Translations under genes and position numbers: made by a program | Part shown: piece after piece, positions 39,472-49,278 of the stretch | Position numbering within the stretch: the first letter of the stretch is position 1 | How the letters are laid out: every line of letters begins with the position of its first letter | Source: Candidatus Poribacteria bacterium | Lineage (GTDB): Bacteria > Poribacteria > WGA-4E > PCPOR2b | Direction: 5' to 3' | Length of the DNA stretch: 64,000 bases | Assembly: GCA_965208325.1 (NCBI GenBank) | Contig: OZ242326.1 | Coordinates: 4,544,001 to 4,608,000 of the forward strand | The notes under the pieces: model-generated | The model's input: the letters and a program-made list of their open reading frames with translations, nothing else | What the model was told of the DNA's origin: nothing | Databases searched by the model: none

Positions 39472-40476
39472 TTACAATTCCGCGTCGATCAATGGGAGTT
39501 TTTTTATTGCCGCCCATAGCATCAATAATTGCTTCTTTGGAGAAACCGCCAATGGATTCGGCGGCCATGCAGGGCTGACATCGACCGCCGGATGTTGGGT
39601 GAGATTTGTCGGATTACCGCCGTCATCGTTCATAACATAAATCTCCCAGTTCCCATCACGCACTGACGAGAAGGCAATTTTCCGACCGTCCGGAGACCAG
39701 CAGGGCGCACTGTCTTTTGCAGGGTCTCTAGTGAGCCGGACAGGATTTTTTCCGTCAGCGTCCATGACATAAATCTCCCCGTTTCCATCGCGCTTTGACG
39801 AAAATGCAATTTTACGCCCGTTTGGCGACCAGCTAGGACTGACATCCCATCCGGGGGATTCCGTAAGTCGAACCACGTGCGGATTTCTGCCGTCAGCGTC
39901 CATAATAAAAATCTCGAGATCTCTGAATCCAGCGCGCCATGACGTGAAGGCGATTTTCCGTCCATCCGGAGACCAGCTAGGATCGCGGTCGAATCCACGG
40001 TTAAGCGGATACCGGAAGCGGTTCTTGCCGTCAGGGTCCATAAGGTATAATTCTAAACCTCCAACCCCTCCAACCCCATACTCAAAGGCGATTTTCCGTC
40101 CGTCTGGAGACCAACTTGGATCGACATCTAAAAATCGGTTTGACGTAAGCCGAACAGGGCTCTTGCCGTCAGCATTCATTACGTAGATTTCGGGATTGTT
40201 TCCGTCGCGTTCCGCCTGAAATGCGATTCTCGTCCTATCTGGCGACCAAGCAGGGGCCTGATCGTGTGACAATGGATTATTCGAAAGATTGCGTACCTGT
40301 GACCCATTCGGTTTCATTACAAAGATGTCACGATTTCCACCGGGGTTGTCACGGTCTGATGAAAAGGCAATCATTGAGTCTAGGGATTGGGCTTGATTGA
40401 CCGACATGAGGACAAAGCCCATTACCACAATTAGGCTGGGCAAAAACACGGTTCGGTTCATTTGGACCGTTTTCAT
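39472..40476 (-). CDS. TolB-like PD40 beta-propeller secreted protein (paralogue of 37834-38721)
   Basis: Shared N-terminus SLDSMIAF.S.RDNPGGN.DIF; PD40 repeats; AAGGAGG RBS. Confidence 0.9.
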   Translation of the reverse strand: MKTVQMNRTVFLPSLIVVMGFVLMSVNQAQSLDSMIAFSSDRDNPGGNRDIFVMKPNGSQVRNLSNNPLSHDQAPAWSPDRTRIAFQAERDGNNPEIYVMNADGKSPVRLTSNRFLDVDPSWSPDGRKIAFEYGVGGVGGLELYLMDPDGKNRFRYPLNRGFDRDPSWSPDGRKIAFTSWRAGFRDLEIFIMDADGRNPHVVRLTESPGWDVSPSWSPNGRKIAFSSKRDGNGEIYVMDADGKNPVRLTRDPAKDSAPCWSPDGRKIAFSSVRDGNWEIYVMNDDGGNPTNLTQHPAVDVSPAWPPNPLAVSPKKQLLMLWAAIKKLPLIDAEL

Positions 40477-40602
40477 TGAGAGATTCCTCCTTTACCATGA
40501 AAAGCAAAATGCCGCCGGTTGTTTTTTCACCCGATAGTTTGCTGAAATTCTGGTTTTGCGTTTGGTGCGAAAAGGGTTGCTGAATAACTTCGGATTAGAT
40601 AT

Positions 40603-40631
40603 ACTATATCACTCAAGCGAACTTAGGTCAA
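40603..40631 (-). promoter_or_regulatory. Sigma70-type promoter
   Basis: TTGACC-17 bp-TATAGT with an extended -10 TG. Confidence 0.55.
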
Positions 40632-40824
40632 CGTCCGACCGCTCGGCGGAAAATATGTGCAAGTCAGTTCGATACGCATGTAAAATCCGTGCCGGAACGA
40701 TTAATGCAACAATTCCCCAAGGGCATATCGGTAAACGCCAGGCATACCACAAGCGGCTTTCAGGACGGTCGTATGAACATTCCTAATTCTTTATCACGTC
40801 AATGGAACACGGAGAAGAACAGAG

Positions 40825-41466
40825 ATGGGTGGCGCTATACAGGTCCTCACGGGCAGCCTTTTGTTAAGTGTTGTTCACGCTTTAATTCCCAACCATTGGA
40901 TTCCGTTGGTTGCAATCGGGAAGACGGAGCAGTGGTCACGCCGCGAAACGCTGGGCATCACGGCAATTACCGGGATTGCCCATTCGTTGAGCACAATTCT
41001 CATCGGGATTGTTGTCGGATTTATCGGTTTCAAAATCTCCGAATCCTATGAGTTTTTTGCGCACATTGTGGCGCCGTTGATTTTGTTTTGTTTGGGTGTG
41101 ATTTATTTGGTGTTGGATTCAAAAGCCAACCACGCACATCACCACGTGAACAACGAAAAAATTTCGCGGAAATCGAAGTTCGCGATTGTTACCTCGTTAG
41201 CCGCTGCGATGTTCTTTTCTCCGTGTATTGAGATTGAGGTTTACTATTTCTCGGCAAGTGCATTGGGCTGGTTTGGTATTAGCGCGGTTTCAATTATCTA
41301 CTTGGTCGTGACTGTGCTTGGCATGTTACTGCTGGTCGATTTGGGTCGGAGAGGTGTTGAGCGGTTCCATTCTCATTTCTTAGAACATCATGAAAGGGGA
41401 ATTACCGGCGCGCTTCTGGTTATTTTGGGAATTTTCGCTTTTGTGTTTGAGCATTTTTCCCATTAG
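40825..41466 (+). CDS. Nickel/cobalt transporter-like membrane protein (RcnA/UreH/NiCoT-like)
   Basis: HALIPNHW motif in TM1, His-rich loop HAHHH, SPC motif, about 6 TM helices. Confidence 0.7.
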   Translation: MGGAIQVLTGSLLLSVVHALIPNHWIPLVAIGKTEQWSRRETLGITAITGIAHSLSTILIGIVVGFIGFKISESYEFFAHIVAPLILFCLGVIYLVLDSKANHAHHHVNNEKISRKSKFAIVTSLAAAMFFSPCIEIEVYYFSASALGWFGISAVSIIYLVVTVLGMLLLVDLGRRGVERFHSHFLEHHERGITGALLVILGIFAFVFEHFSH

Positions 41467-41569
41467 TGTTGTTGCTCTTAAGAGCCTGTTGAATAATAGG
41501 CGGCAAAGGAATTCTTGGGCGTTTGAAGCGCTAAATCTTAAAGAAATTCTATCGCATGAGATTTACGCT

Positions 41570-41680
41570 CGCCTTCGCTATTCGCTCGGATGATTCTATT
41601 CAGTCACTTGATCGCCGCCTACAAGGCGTGGTTGTGCACGCGGGGCAAGATGCCCCGCCTACAAGGCGTGGTTGTGCACT
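41570..41680. repeat. REP cluster with local direct duplication
   Basis: CCTTCGCTATTCGCTC motif, REP palindrome, and CCGCCTACAAGGCGTGGTTGTGCAC twice. Confidence 0.8.
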
Positions 41681-41769
41681 CCTAAATAATATTACAGGTC
41701 TATAGAAGACGGGAGAAAAATGAAGCACTGTGCAAAAGAATTTCTACGTTGTGCTTGCAATTACACGCA

Positions 41770-42951
41770 CTATCTAGCATCCCAACTTGCGATAAATTCT
41801 TCTATGCCAAAATCAGACGGCATTTCGTAGAAATTATAGCGCATCGGACCAGACTGAAAACCGGGCAGGTACTGCTCCGTATCCGACTGGAGTTTTGCGT
41901 CCAATGGCGCGAACCGATTCCAGAGCGTTTCAATCTGCGCCGGCGAAAAGCGGTTGCCAATGTCTTGAGACCTTGTAATATCCCCTCCGTATCCCGGAGG
42001 CCTAAATCGAATCTTAAACGCAAATTTGGATAACAGGGTGACACACACCATCCGTCCACTCTCGCCCGGATGGAGCGCGGCAATTCCCTCACGAAATGCG
42101 TCAGCATCTTTGTCAATCATTGCGTGAAACACCGATGCGATACGATTGCACTCGTCGTCGAGTAGGTTGCAATATCCTTCGAAGATCTCTCGTCCCCGGG
42201 GCGAAAGATACTCGCCAAAATCCAATCTCCAATACGGGTGAGCGACATACGGAAAGATTGGACCTCCGAATGCGCGGTAGCCGAGATGAATTGTTCGCCT
42301 GAGTTGGGGACTGTAGTCGCTGCCCCAATGAAAGATTGTATTGGTATAGGCAACGGCGTCCCCGGCTTTGAGTTCCACTGGAATGCCGTTCGGAAGCGGA
42401 ACGCGGCTGTTCTCAAGCAACTGGCGGTTCTCCTCGTCCGTATTGGATCGGCGGTGGCTGCCCGGTACAACCCACAGCACGTCATCATCATAAAGAGGTA
42501 TGTTCCATTGCACATAGCCGGGTGCATTTTCTAGCATGTCCGACTGTAAACCGCCCAACGGAGCTTGATCCATGGGGTGAATGTCGCGATGCCAGTGCGA
42601 CGGCCCATGGTCTCGCACGGGATTGCACATGAGCGCCATTAACGTCACGGTTGCTTCCTTCGACCGCATTAATTGGCAGCTAACACCTCGTGTATTTTCG
42701 TGCAAGCAAAACTCAATTGTGTCAGCGGTTGCTTTGTCTGCAACGTTGGAAAACATTACCCGCGGCTGTGGACTGGTCTCCCATTCACCGCCGGGCGGCG
42801 CATCGGGTTTGCGGTTTTGCGCCCAGATTGCCTTTTGCCGTTCAACCGTGATTTCAAAACTGTCGCGCAGCTGATTTAACCGTTCAGGGGGAATGGCACT
42901 GCGTAGAATGATGAAGCCGTCATCAAGTATCTGTTGGGGATTAACCTTCAT
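41770..42951 (-). CDS. Phytanoyl-CoA dioxygenase (PhyH)-family Fe/2OG oxygenase
   Basis: DDGFII, WHRD, VVPGSH, LKAGD, FHWG, RR. Start at ATG 42951 with AAGGAG RBS. Confidence 0.85.
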   Translation of the reverse strand: MKVNPQQILDDGFIILRSAIPPERLNQLRDSFEITVERQKAIWAQNRKPDAPPGGEWETSPQPRVMFSNVADKATADTIEFCLHENTRGVSCQLMRSKEATVTLMALMCNPVRDHGPSHWHRDIHPMDQAPLGGLQSDMLENAPGYVQWNIPLYDDDVLWVVPGSHRRSNTDEENRQLLENSRVPLPNGIPVELKAGDAVAYTNTIFHWGSDYSPQLRRTIHLGYRAFGGPIFPYVAHPYWRLDFGEYLSPRGREIFEGYCNLLDDECNRIASVFHAMIDKDADAFREGIAALHPGESGRMVCVTLLSKFAFKIRFRPPGYGGDITRSQDIGNRFSPAQIETLWNRFAPLDAKLQSDTEQYLPGFQSGPMRYNFYEMPSDFGIEEFIASWDAR

Positions 42952-43001
42952 TGTTGTTATCTCCTTGAACAAACTATCGCGGGATGTTCCTGTATTGCTA
43001 T

Positions 43002-43694
43002 TTATCGCTTGATGGTTTTTGCCTGCTCCAACGTCTGATGGCTGAGAATTCGCTGCCGGTCCACAGGCCGCAAATGAGGTTCTACCTGCCGCACAAATTC
43101 CTGTAACGTCTCCGAGGCTGAGGTGCTAGTTGTATCTATAGTGATTTTTGCATCAATTATTGAGTTAGTATAGACTTCTTGAAATCGATCTAACACGGTT
43201 TCGATATCCTGCGAATGTTTGAGGGGGCACCGGGGACGCGGTGCCTGCCGCATGCGATTGCGGATTACATCCGGTGACGCTTTCACGAGTACCAATACCA
43301 TATCCGGCGCCAAAACTTTTAGATCGGTTTCGATGAACCGCGCAAGGTATTGGCGGTCGTGTCCGCCGAGATTCGGATAATACAGCGGTACATATACAGC
43401 GTCGGCGTAGTACCAGTTTTCAATCAGGAAATCATCGCGATGGTAAAGCACAGGCTGCAGATGATAAACGAATTGGAATCGCTGAAACTGTTCGACAAAC
43501 GAAGGGACTTTCTCAAGGAGTTCCATAACGGTCTCTTCGATTTCGTCCGTAGCTTCTCCTTGACCCACATTTGGCAGCGTGAAGTGGTCGTGGCAGCCGG
43601 TATAGCTTCCCATGGTTTGCGCAATCCAATCGGTGATTCCGTTAACTAGCGTCGTTTTGCCAGCATACTCGCAGCCGATTATAAAAATTCGCAT
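43002..43694 (-). CDS. P-loop kinase-like protein (thymidylate/deoxynucleoside kinase fold)
   Basis: N-terminal Walker A GCEYAGKTT, LVKAS.DVI..R, IDTT. Confidence 0.7.
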   Translation of the reverse strand: MRIFIIGCEYAGKTTLVNGITDWIAQTMGSYTGCHDHFTLPNVGQGEATDEIEETVMELLEKVPSFVEQFQRFQFVYHLQPVLYHRDDFLIENWYYADAVYVPLYYPNLGGHDRQYLARFIETDLKVLAPDMVLVLVKASPDVIRNRMRQAPRPRCPLKHSQDIETVLDRFQEVYTNSIIDAKITIDTTSTSASETLQEFVRQVEPHLRPVDRQRILSHQTLEQAKTIKR

Positions 43695-43922
43695 CTATGT
43701 CCTCCCGAGTGAATACCAAGTTACGGCGGCGCCTCCCACCGTCGTGCGGCCAAGCGGAAAAGTCCCCAAGCCCTGGAAACTTACGAGCGTGAGTGCGTTG
43801 CATCGCCGCTCAATAATGCCGTAGGAAGAGTTGTAAAACTACACGGTTTAAATTCCGCCTATTATATCACACACCATAGACTAGGTAAACAGGATTACCG
43901 TTTCACGGGCATGGCTAAGGTG

Positions 43923-46421
43923 CTATTCCTTTGAATCTAAACGCGGAACTATCACTGCTCCGGCAATATAAATGCCAATTGCCGCCAGGATTACAGTACT
44001 AAACCCAAACGAAATTGCAAGGCAGGTTGCCAGAATTGCGCTCACCACTGAAGCATAACCGTTTATTGCCCATGCCCACGCGATCAGGTGTGGATTGCGA
44101 TTTCTCAGCAGGTCTATCCCGAGCGGAAACGGCATTCCCATAAAAAACGCCAGCGGGGCAATGAGTGAAATTGAGACTGTTATTTTTATCGGGTCCGGGC
44201 TTGCCAGGAAACGATGGAAGATTGGGTTAAACAAGAGGAGATAGAGCAGCGCAATTGCCGATAACACGCCGATTGCAACGGGAATGGGATACCGCAGCGG
44301 AAATTTTACTTTGAATTTTAGGATTGTGTCCCTGAATCGCAGCGAGAAAAAACTGCCTAACCCTGCAAAAACAAGAAATGCACTGAGCACGACCGCGACG
44401 GCATAAGTCGGGTGGGAGAGCAGGAGAAGGAATTTCTGAATGAACGCCATCTCAATAAACATGAAGGCGGCGCCCAAGCTGAAGAAATAGCCGAGTATAC
44501 TCCAATATTTGATTCTACGCGGTTGACCACTGGTTGGTGTTCGAGAAGTTGTATCCCTACCTTGTCGGGTAATACACACGGATTGGCGCTTTGAAAGGAT
44601 GAGCGGCACGAGGATTAGGATGAATCCCACTAAAACAGCTTGCAGCAGGGTTGCAATAAGAAGTAGATAACCCCACTCAATGAACGGGATGGAACTCCTG
44701 CCGGCTGCGCGAATCATTTGAAATAGCGAATCTAACCGAAGAAAACGAAAAAAATACGGGCGATCGTCGGTCGCGGGACGGGTGTAAAATAGATACTCGC
44801 TGTAGAACCGCTTTCGATTCTCGAACAGAATCGACTGTGCTGCGCGGAAATAGATTGGTTCGGTTAGTTGGTTATACCGGTTTGCCTCTGATTCACCCAT
44901 GTCGGGATAGTAGGCGGTGTCGAAAGAACGCTCGCCGCAAAAATTGCGAATTATCGCCCGTTCATGCGGATGGAAACGACTGTTTTTAATCAGGAGTGTA
45001 CCTGTTCGCCAGCCACGAATCATGACTAATTTTTCAGCGGGATTTTGCTCGCCGTTCCGCTCGAGTGCTTCGACCGCTGTACCAAACAGCTTAATCATAT
45101 CTCGCGGCGGCGTTTTCAACCAGCGCGTAATTGACACGATACCGTTGGGATTCAGATGTTGCAAGAGTTCCGTAATTGCTTCTACCGTGTAAAGATAGCT
45201 CTCACTCAGGGCGTGTGTGCCCGCGGCGGACGCATTCACAGAATCCAACAGTGCGATTTGGATGAGGTCGTATTTCCCCGCCATCGATCTCACAAATCCC
45301 CGCGCTTCAGCGTTGTAAACTCGAACCGGATAAGCCGAATTCGAGGCGTAAATATTCCCTGCGAAATCCCCGTGCACTTTCTCCACCAAATTGACGATTT
45401 GGGGATTCAATTCAACAGCGTCGACGGAACTTGCGCTGTGATATAAGGCGTTGAGAACGTCGCTCCCGCCGCCTGCGCCTAACACGAGTACACGCGGCCT
45501 CTTGAGCAGGTGGTACGCCAATGCCGAAGTTGTGTCGTCCAGATAAGCCAGTTTCGATAGGTCTCCATCGAAATTGGTGATTGCAGTCATTGCGTCTGCG
45601 TCAGTGAATACGCCCAACTGCGCCGGTATCGGGTGTTGTGATGTCAAGCTTAAGCCTGGCGCAGATCGAATGGACTCGCTCCGAACAACGTGCAAAGCGC
45701 CAAGTGGACTGTTTGCCTCGCTCAGAACTTCTGCATCAGGAAAGTTCAGTGTAGCCTCCAGACCCTTGTAAGGCGAAACTTTAATTGAGATTGGCTTGAG
45801 CAACAAGCAGCCGATAAATAGTGCGCCGCCGACTGTAATCAGACTAATCCCACGCCAATGGGTTCTTAGACTACCCAGATTAGAGATTAAGACTCCACAT
45901 ATCCCAATGGCTGAAATCACGATGAGAATGGCGGCGGGGGGAACCACGTACATGAAAAAAACAACGCCGAACGCACCGATTCCCGACCCGAGGAGATCGA
46001 AAAAATAGAGCCGATTTACGTGTCGGTTGAATCGCAGCAGCGCCGTGCCGATGCACGCTGCGCCGAAAAAAAATGGGACGGATAGTATGAGGTATTGCGC
46101 GAGAAGGGACAGCATTTGACCCGGTTGCCAAATTAGCATAAACGGGTTAAATGGCACATTCTGGTTCAAGGCAAAACAAACGGGGACACTGATTGAGAAT
46201 ATCATCCCGGAGATGCTGTAGGACAGTTCAAAACGCTTCATCAGCCAACCCTGCGCGAGGAAAATCACGCTCCCGCTTGCACCAAATCCGAGCAACGCAA
46301 GGCTGATAATCATGTAAGCGAAATGACCCCACTGGCCGATTGAGAAAAGGCGCATCAGGGTAATTTCGTACGCGATAATAGAACCGGATATCAGTGAAAT
46401 TGAAATGAAGTAACGAGTCAT
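43923..46421 (-). CDS. Membrane protein with central spermidine synthase-like SAM-binding domain
   Basis: N- and C-terminal TM bundles; VLVLGAGGG.D, AVELNP, EARGF, YDLI, LYTVE, DDRPYF. Confidence 0.85.
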   Translation of the reverse strand: MTRYFISISLISGSIIAYEITLMRLFSIGQWGHFAYMIISLALLGFGASGSVIFLAQGWLMKRFELSYSISGMIFSISVPVCFALNQNVPFNPFMLIWQPGQMLSLLAQYLILSVPFFFGAACIGTALLRFNRHVNRLYFFDLLGSGIGAFGVVFFMYVVPPAAILIVISAIGICGVLISNLGSLRTHWRGISLITVGGALFIGCLLLKPISIKVSPYKGLEATLNFPDAEVLSEANSPLGALHVVRSESIRSAPGLSLTSQHPIPAQLGVFTDADAMTAITNFDGDLSKLAYLDDTTSALAYHLLKRPRVLVLGAGGGSDVLNALYHSASSVDAVELNPQIVNLVEKVHGDFAGNIYASNSAYPVRVYNAEARGFVRSMAGKYDLIQIALLDSVNASAAGTHALSESYLYTVEAITELLQHLNPNGIVSITRWLKTPPRDMIKLFGTAVEALERNGEQNPAEKLVMIRGWRTGTLLIKNSRFHPHERAIIRNFCGERSFDTAYYPDMGESEANRYNQLTEPIYFRAAQSILFENRKRFYSEYLFYTRPATDDRPYFFRFLRLDSLFQMIRAAGRSSIPFIEWGYLLLIATLLQAVLVGFILILVPLILSKRQSVCITRQGRDTTSRTPTSGQPRRIKYWSILGYFFSLGAAFMFIEMAFIQKFLLLLSHPTYAVAVVLSAFLVFAGLGSFFSLRFRDTILKFKVKFPLRYPIPVAIGVLSAIALLYLLLFNPIFHRFLASPDPIKITVSISLIAPLAFFMGMPFPLGIDLLRNRNPHLIAWAWAINGYASVVSAILATCLAISFGFSTVILAAIGIYIAGAVIVPRLDSKE

Positions 46422-46954
46422 TGGGGTAGATGCTTATTTGCCGCGCAGTTAGTTTGGTTGCCAGATTGGGTCGAGGTAAACCTATCACCCACAGTTGCGA
46501 TTTCAATCAATGCAGTGCCAGATTCGGTATTAATGATTTGGACTGTAGGAGGTTCCGAGTGTCGCGACGCTCGTAACTGCAAAGTGCCGCGTATTGTGGG
46601 CGATACATTACACCTGTGACTTTAATGGTATCGTCTTGGTTTAGCCGCTCAAACTGCACTGGTCACAGGCTTCTTCTTTTGCGAACAATCGCGACGAAGA
46701 TTACTTTTTATCAAAGTCTAGTAGAAATTCCGCTCACCGTCAACGACAATTCGTTGTTCTTTCGACTCCGCATGCATCTCGCAAAGGGCCGAAGTTACTT
46801 CCTCGTGACAATACGACAGATATTTTGCTTTTTTCTCGCTGTTGTGCTATAATTTCAAACCATCTTGAGGTCAGAAATCGCTATGGTGTTTATTGGCCTC
46901 CTTAGTCCCTCTCAGCTAAATGCCACAGAAATTCACACGTGAGGTAATCAAGCG

Positions 46955-47875
46955 ATGCAATACAATAAAGCGAATCGAACATTTGATTGCGAACCCACCC
47001 TCACCGACACACAAATTCTAGACTTTTGTAAGAATGGTTACATCATCTTGGAAGGTGTTGTCGATGAAGAAACGAACCAACGAACATGTGATTACTTGGA
47101 AGGAAGGCTGCCTGCTAACCCCAGTTACATTCCGAAAGGACTTACAACTGCAGATTTAGAACGGATTCGTAACTCTCACGAACCCAGCACAATTTTTCTT
47201 GAGGATTGGTTCGTTGAAAACACGCTTCTCAACCGTGAAGTCTGCGGCGCCCTCCGATCATTGCTCGGTAAAAACGTCGGGCTTCCGGTATTGGTTAGTC
47301 ATCACCGCGCTCAATGCCCCTCGCCTCCACAAGGGTGGCATCATGATGCCGACCATGTGTTTGGACCAGAACTAAATTTTGTTGAAGTGTTCTATTATCC
47401 TCAGGACACCCCAGAAGAATTAGGACCAACTGAAATTGTGCCTGGATCGCACATTCAACCCACGCATAGAGGGCCTGAAGACAGAGGGGTTCTATCCTCT
47501 GGTCCTGCTGGTTCACTTATCATCCACCATCAATGTATTCTTCACCGTAAAGGCCCGTCCACCGCTACAGGAACGCGCCACATGCTAAAATACAACTGTT
47601 GGCGCACCGCTGCACCAGATAGGGATTGGATTGTTGAACCCGAATTTGACTTACACACTACCTATTACGGCGGACACACTACGGCTAGATATGTTGCCCA
47701 TATGTTCTACTGGTTGTGCGGCAAGGGAGATGAATTTCGGGTAATCGGCGGACAAGGGTGGCCGTGGTCAACGAATAACCAAATCGGCCCGTCCTATGGA
47801 TATGGGAAGTCGGAAGGTTATATTCCGAACTGGCGTTACAATAACGGTGACGGCTACGCGGACGCCCCAAACTAG
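46955..47875 (+). CDS. PhyH-family dioxygenase
   Basis: F.KNGY, WHHD, PGSH, ILHR. Confidence 0.88.
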   Translation: MQYNKANRTFDCEPTLTDTQILDFCKNGYIILEGVVDEETNQRTCDYLEGRLPANPSYIPKGLTTADLERIRNSHEPSTIFLEDWFVENTLLNREVCGALRSLLGKNVGLPVLVSHHRAQCPSPPQGWHHDADHVFGPELNFVEVFYYPQDTPEELGPTEIVPGSHIQPTHRGPEDRGVLSSGPAGSLIIHHQCILHRKGPSTATGTRHMLKYNCWRTAAPDRDWIVEPEFDLHTTYYGGHTTARYVAHMFYWLCGKGDEFRVIGGQGWPWSTNNQIGPSYGYGKSEGYIPNWRYNNGDGYADAPN

Positions 47876-47968
47876 GAAACGCGCAGACTGGTCGGACTAG
47901 TCATGGTATGGCCTTTGTATTGGTGCCAGAAGCACGGCGAGCAAGGCTAACCTAGCGAGAATTGTCAA

Positions 47969-48835
47969 GTGCACCGAGTATTCATCGGTGTCGATGCAAA
48001 TGACTATAAGGGAAAAATTCTGAGGCTCGCTGAACACATAAAAAGAGTTTTAATCTACACGGCGCTGTTGACCGTTTCGACGTGGGCTTTTTCTCTTGGA
48101 TCTGCGGCGTTAATTGACCGCGACGCCCTTGTAGTTGCGCTGCCATTTGACGAAGGTGTGGGCGATGAGGCTAAAGACGTTTCGCCGCATGGGAACCACG
48201 CGGTCCTAGTGGAAGGCGCTAGATGGGGTAACGGGAAGTTCGGAAAGTGCCTGAAGGTGAAAGAACCCGCTCGCGCAGAGGTCGCGAACAGTGAAAGCTT
48301 CCACTTGCATGGCACTGACTTTACGTTGGCAATGTGGATGAATTTTTCCAACGAACCCGGCGTGTTTGGTTTAATCGGACACGATGATGGCGGTGCAGCG
48401 CAGTCGAAGAAGGCAGTCTGGGAATTTTTAGGCGGTACGCTCGTGTTCCACATCAATCGAGCGGACAATAATGTCGACTGGCTGCGTTCTGAGTTTATTG
48501 GGACTCCTGAGCTTAACCGGTGGTACCACGCCGCACTTGTCAGGAAGGGAAAACAGTACACACATTATCTCGACGGTGAAGTGTTTGGTGAACAGACGGC
48601 AAAGGAGGAAATTCCCGAGGGAATCAACAACCCACTCACCATCGGCATGACAGAGCACTACCTGTTTTTCAACGGACTTATCGATGAAGCGGTCGTTGCG
48701 CACCAGGCGTGGACTCACCCGGACGTGCTGAAGCATTACAATGGAGGCATTCAGGGCGTTCTGTCAGTTGAACCTGGCGCGAAGTTGGCGGTAGCGTGGG
48801 GCGGCCTAAAGGCAAACCGTTCGTTCCGTAATTGA
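47969..48835 (+). CDS. LamG-like jellyroll (ConA/pentraxin) secreted protein
   Basis: LPFDEG.G..AKD.S..GN, GKFGK.L, FT...W, WYHAALV, YLDG, F.GLIDE. True start uncertain. Confidence 0.85.
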   Translation: MHRVFIGVDANDYKGKILRLAEHIKRVLIYTALLTVSTWAFSLGSAALIDRDALVVALPFDEGVGDEAKDVSPHGNHAVLVEGARWGNGKFGKCLKVKEPARAEVANSESFHLHGTDFTLAMWMNFSNEPGVFGLIGHDDGGAAQSKKAVWEFLGGTLVFHINRADNNVDWLRSEFIGTPELNRWYHAALVRKGKQYTHYLDGEVFGEQTAKEEIPEGINNPLTIGMTEHYLFFNGLIDEAVVAHQAWTHPDVLKHYNGGIQGVLSVEPGAKLAVAWGGLKANRSFRN

Positions 48836-49278
48836 GTTAATCCTTGCCTCATATGGTGATTTTTTCCAATCGTCCATTTCGCTGAATTTCCAAATACCAC
48901 CAAATCCTTTCACGTGGTTTTACCTTGAAACACCTATCCGCCAATTCCTTGTAATATAAGGACTAACGGGATAAATTGCGCATTCCGCATAGTGATGAGT
49001 CCAGGATGTAGATGATTGGTACGAAACTTAACCGTGCGACTGGAAAGCCCAAACCTGTCTAAATTAGTAATTATCCAGCGCAATGATCAATCTATCCTGA
49101 ATTTCGATGCTGCCGGGCGTCCGAATCCCGTCTACGGCCTGAATACGTGAGATGCCATTCTTCTTTTGGGTCATGGCGGCATGCGGAATGCTGCCATTCC
49201 ATGCGTCCATTTTCAATTTCTTATTACATTATCAACCTGTTTTACCCGTCGCAGGCGGGAAACATAAGATGGTGTTAG

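Noticed and set aside
44520..44590. In-frame REP insertion in a loop of the spermidine synthase-like gene
   Set aside because: It contains GTAGGG but no hairpin or match to the local REPs; unsupported without homologue alignment.
48990..49075. Hammerhead ribozyme (GTGATGAGTCC...GGTACGAAAC)
   Set aside because: The core reads GUGAUGA rather than CUGANGA, and I could not build stems I and III around a valid NUH cleavage site.
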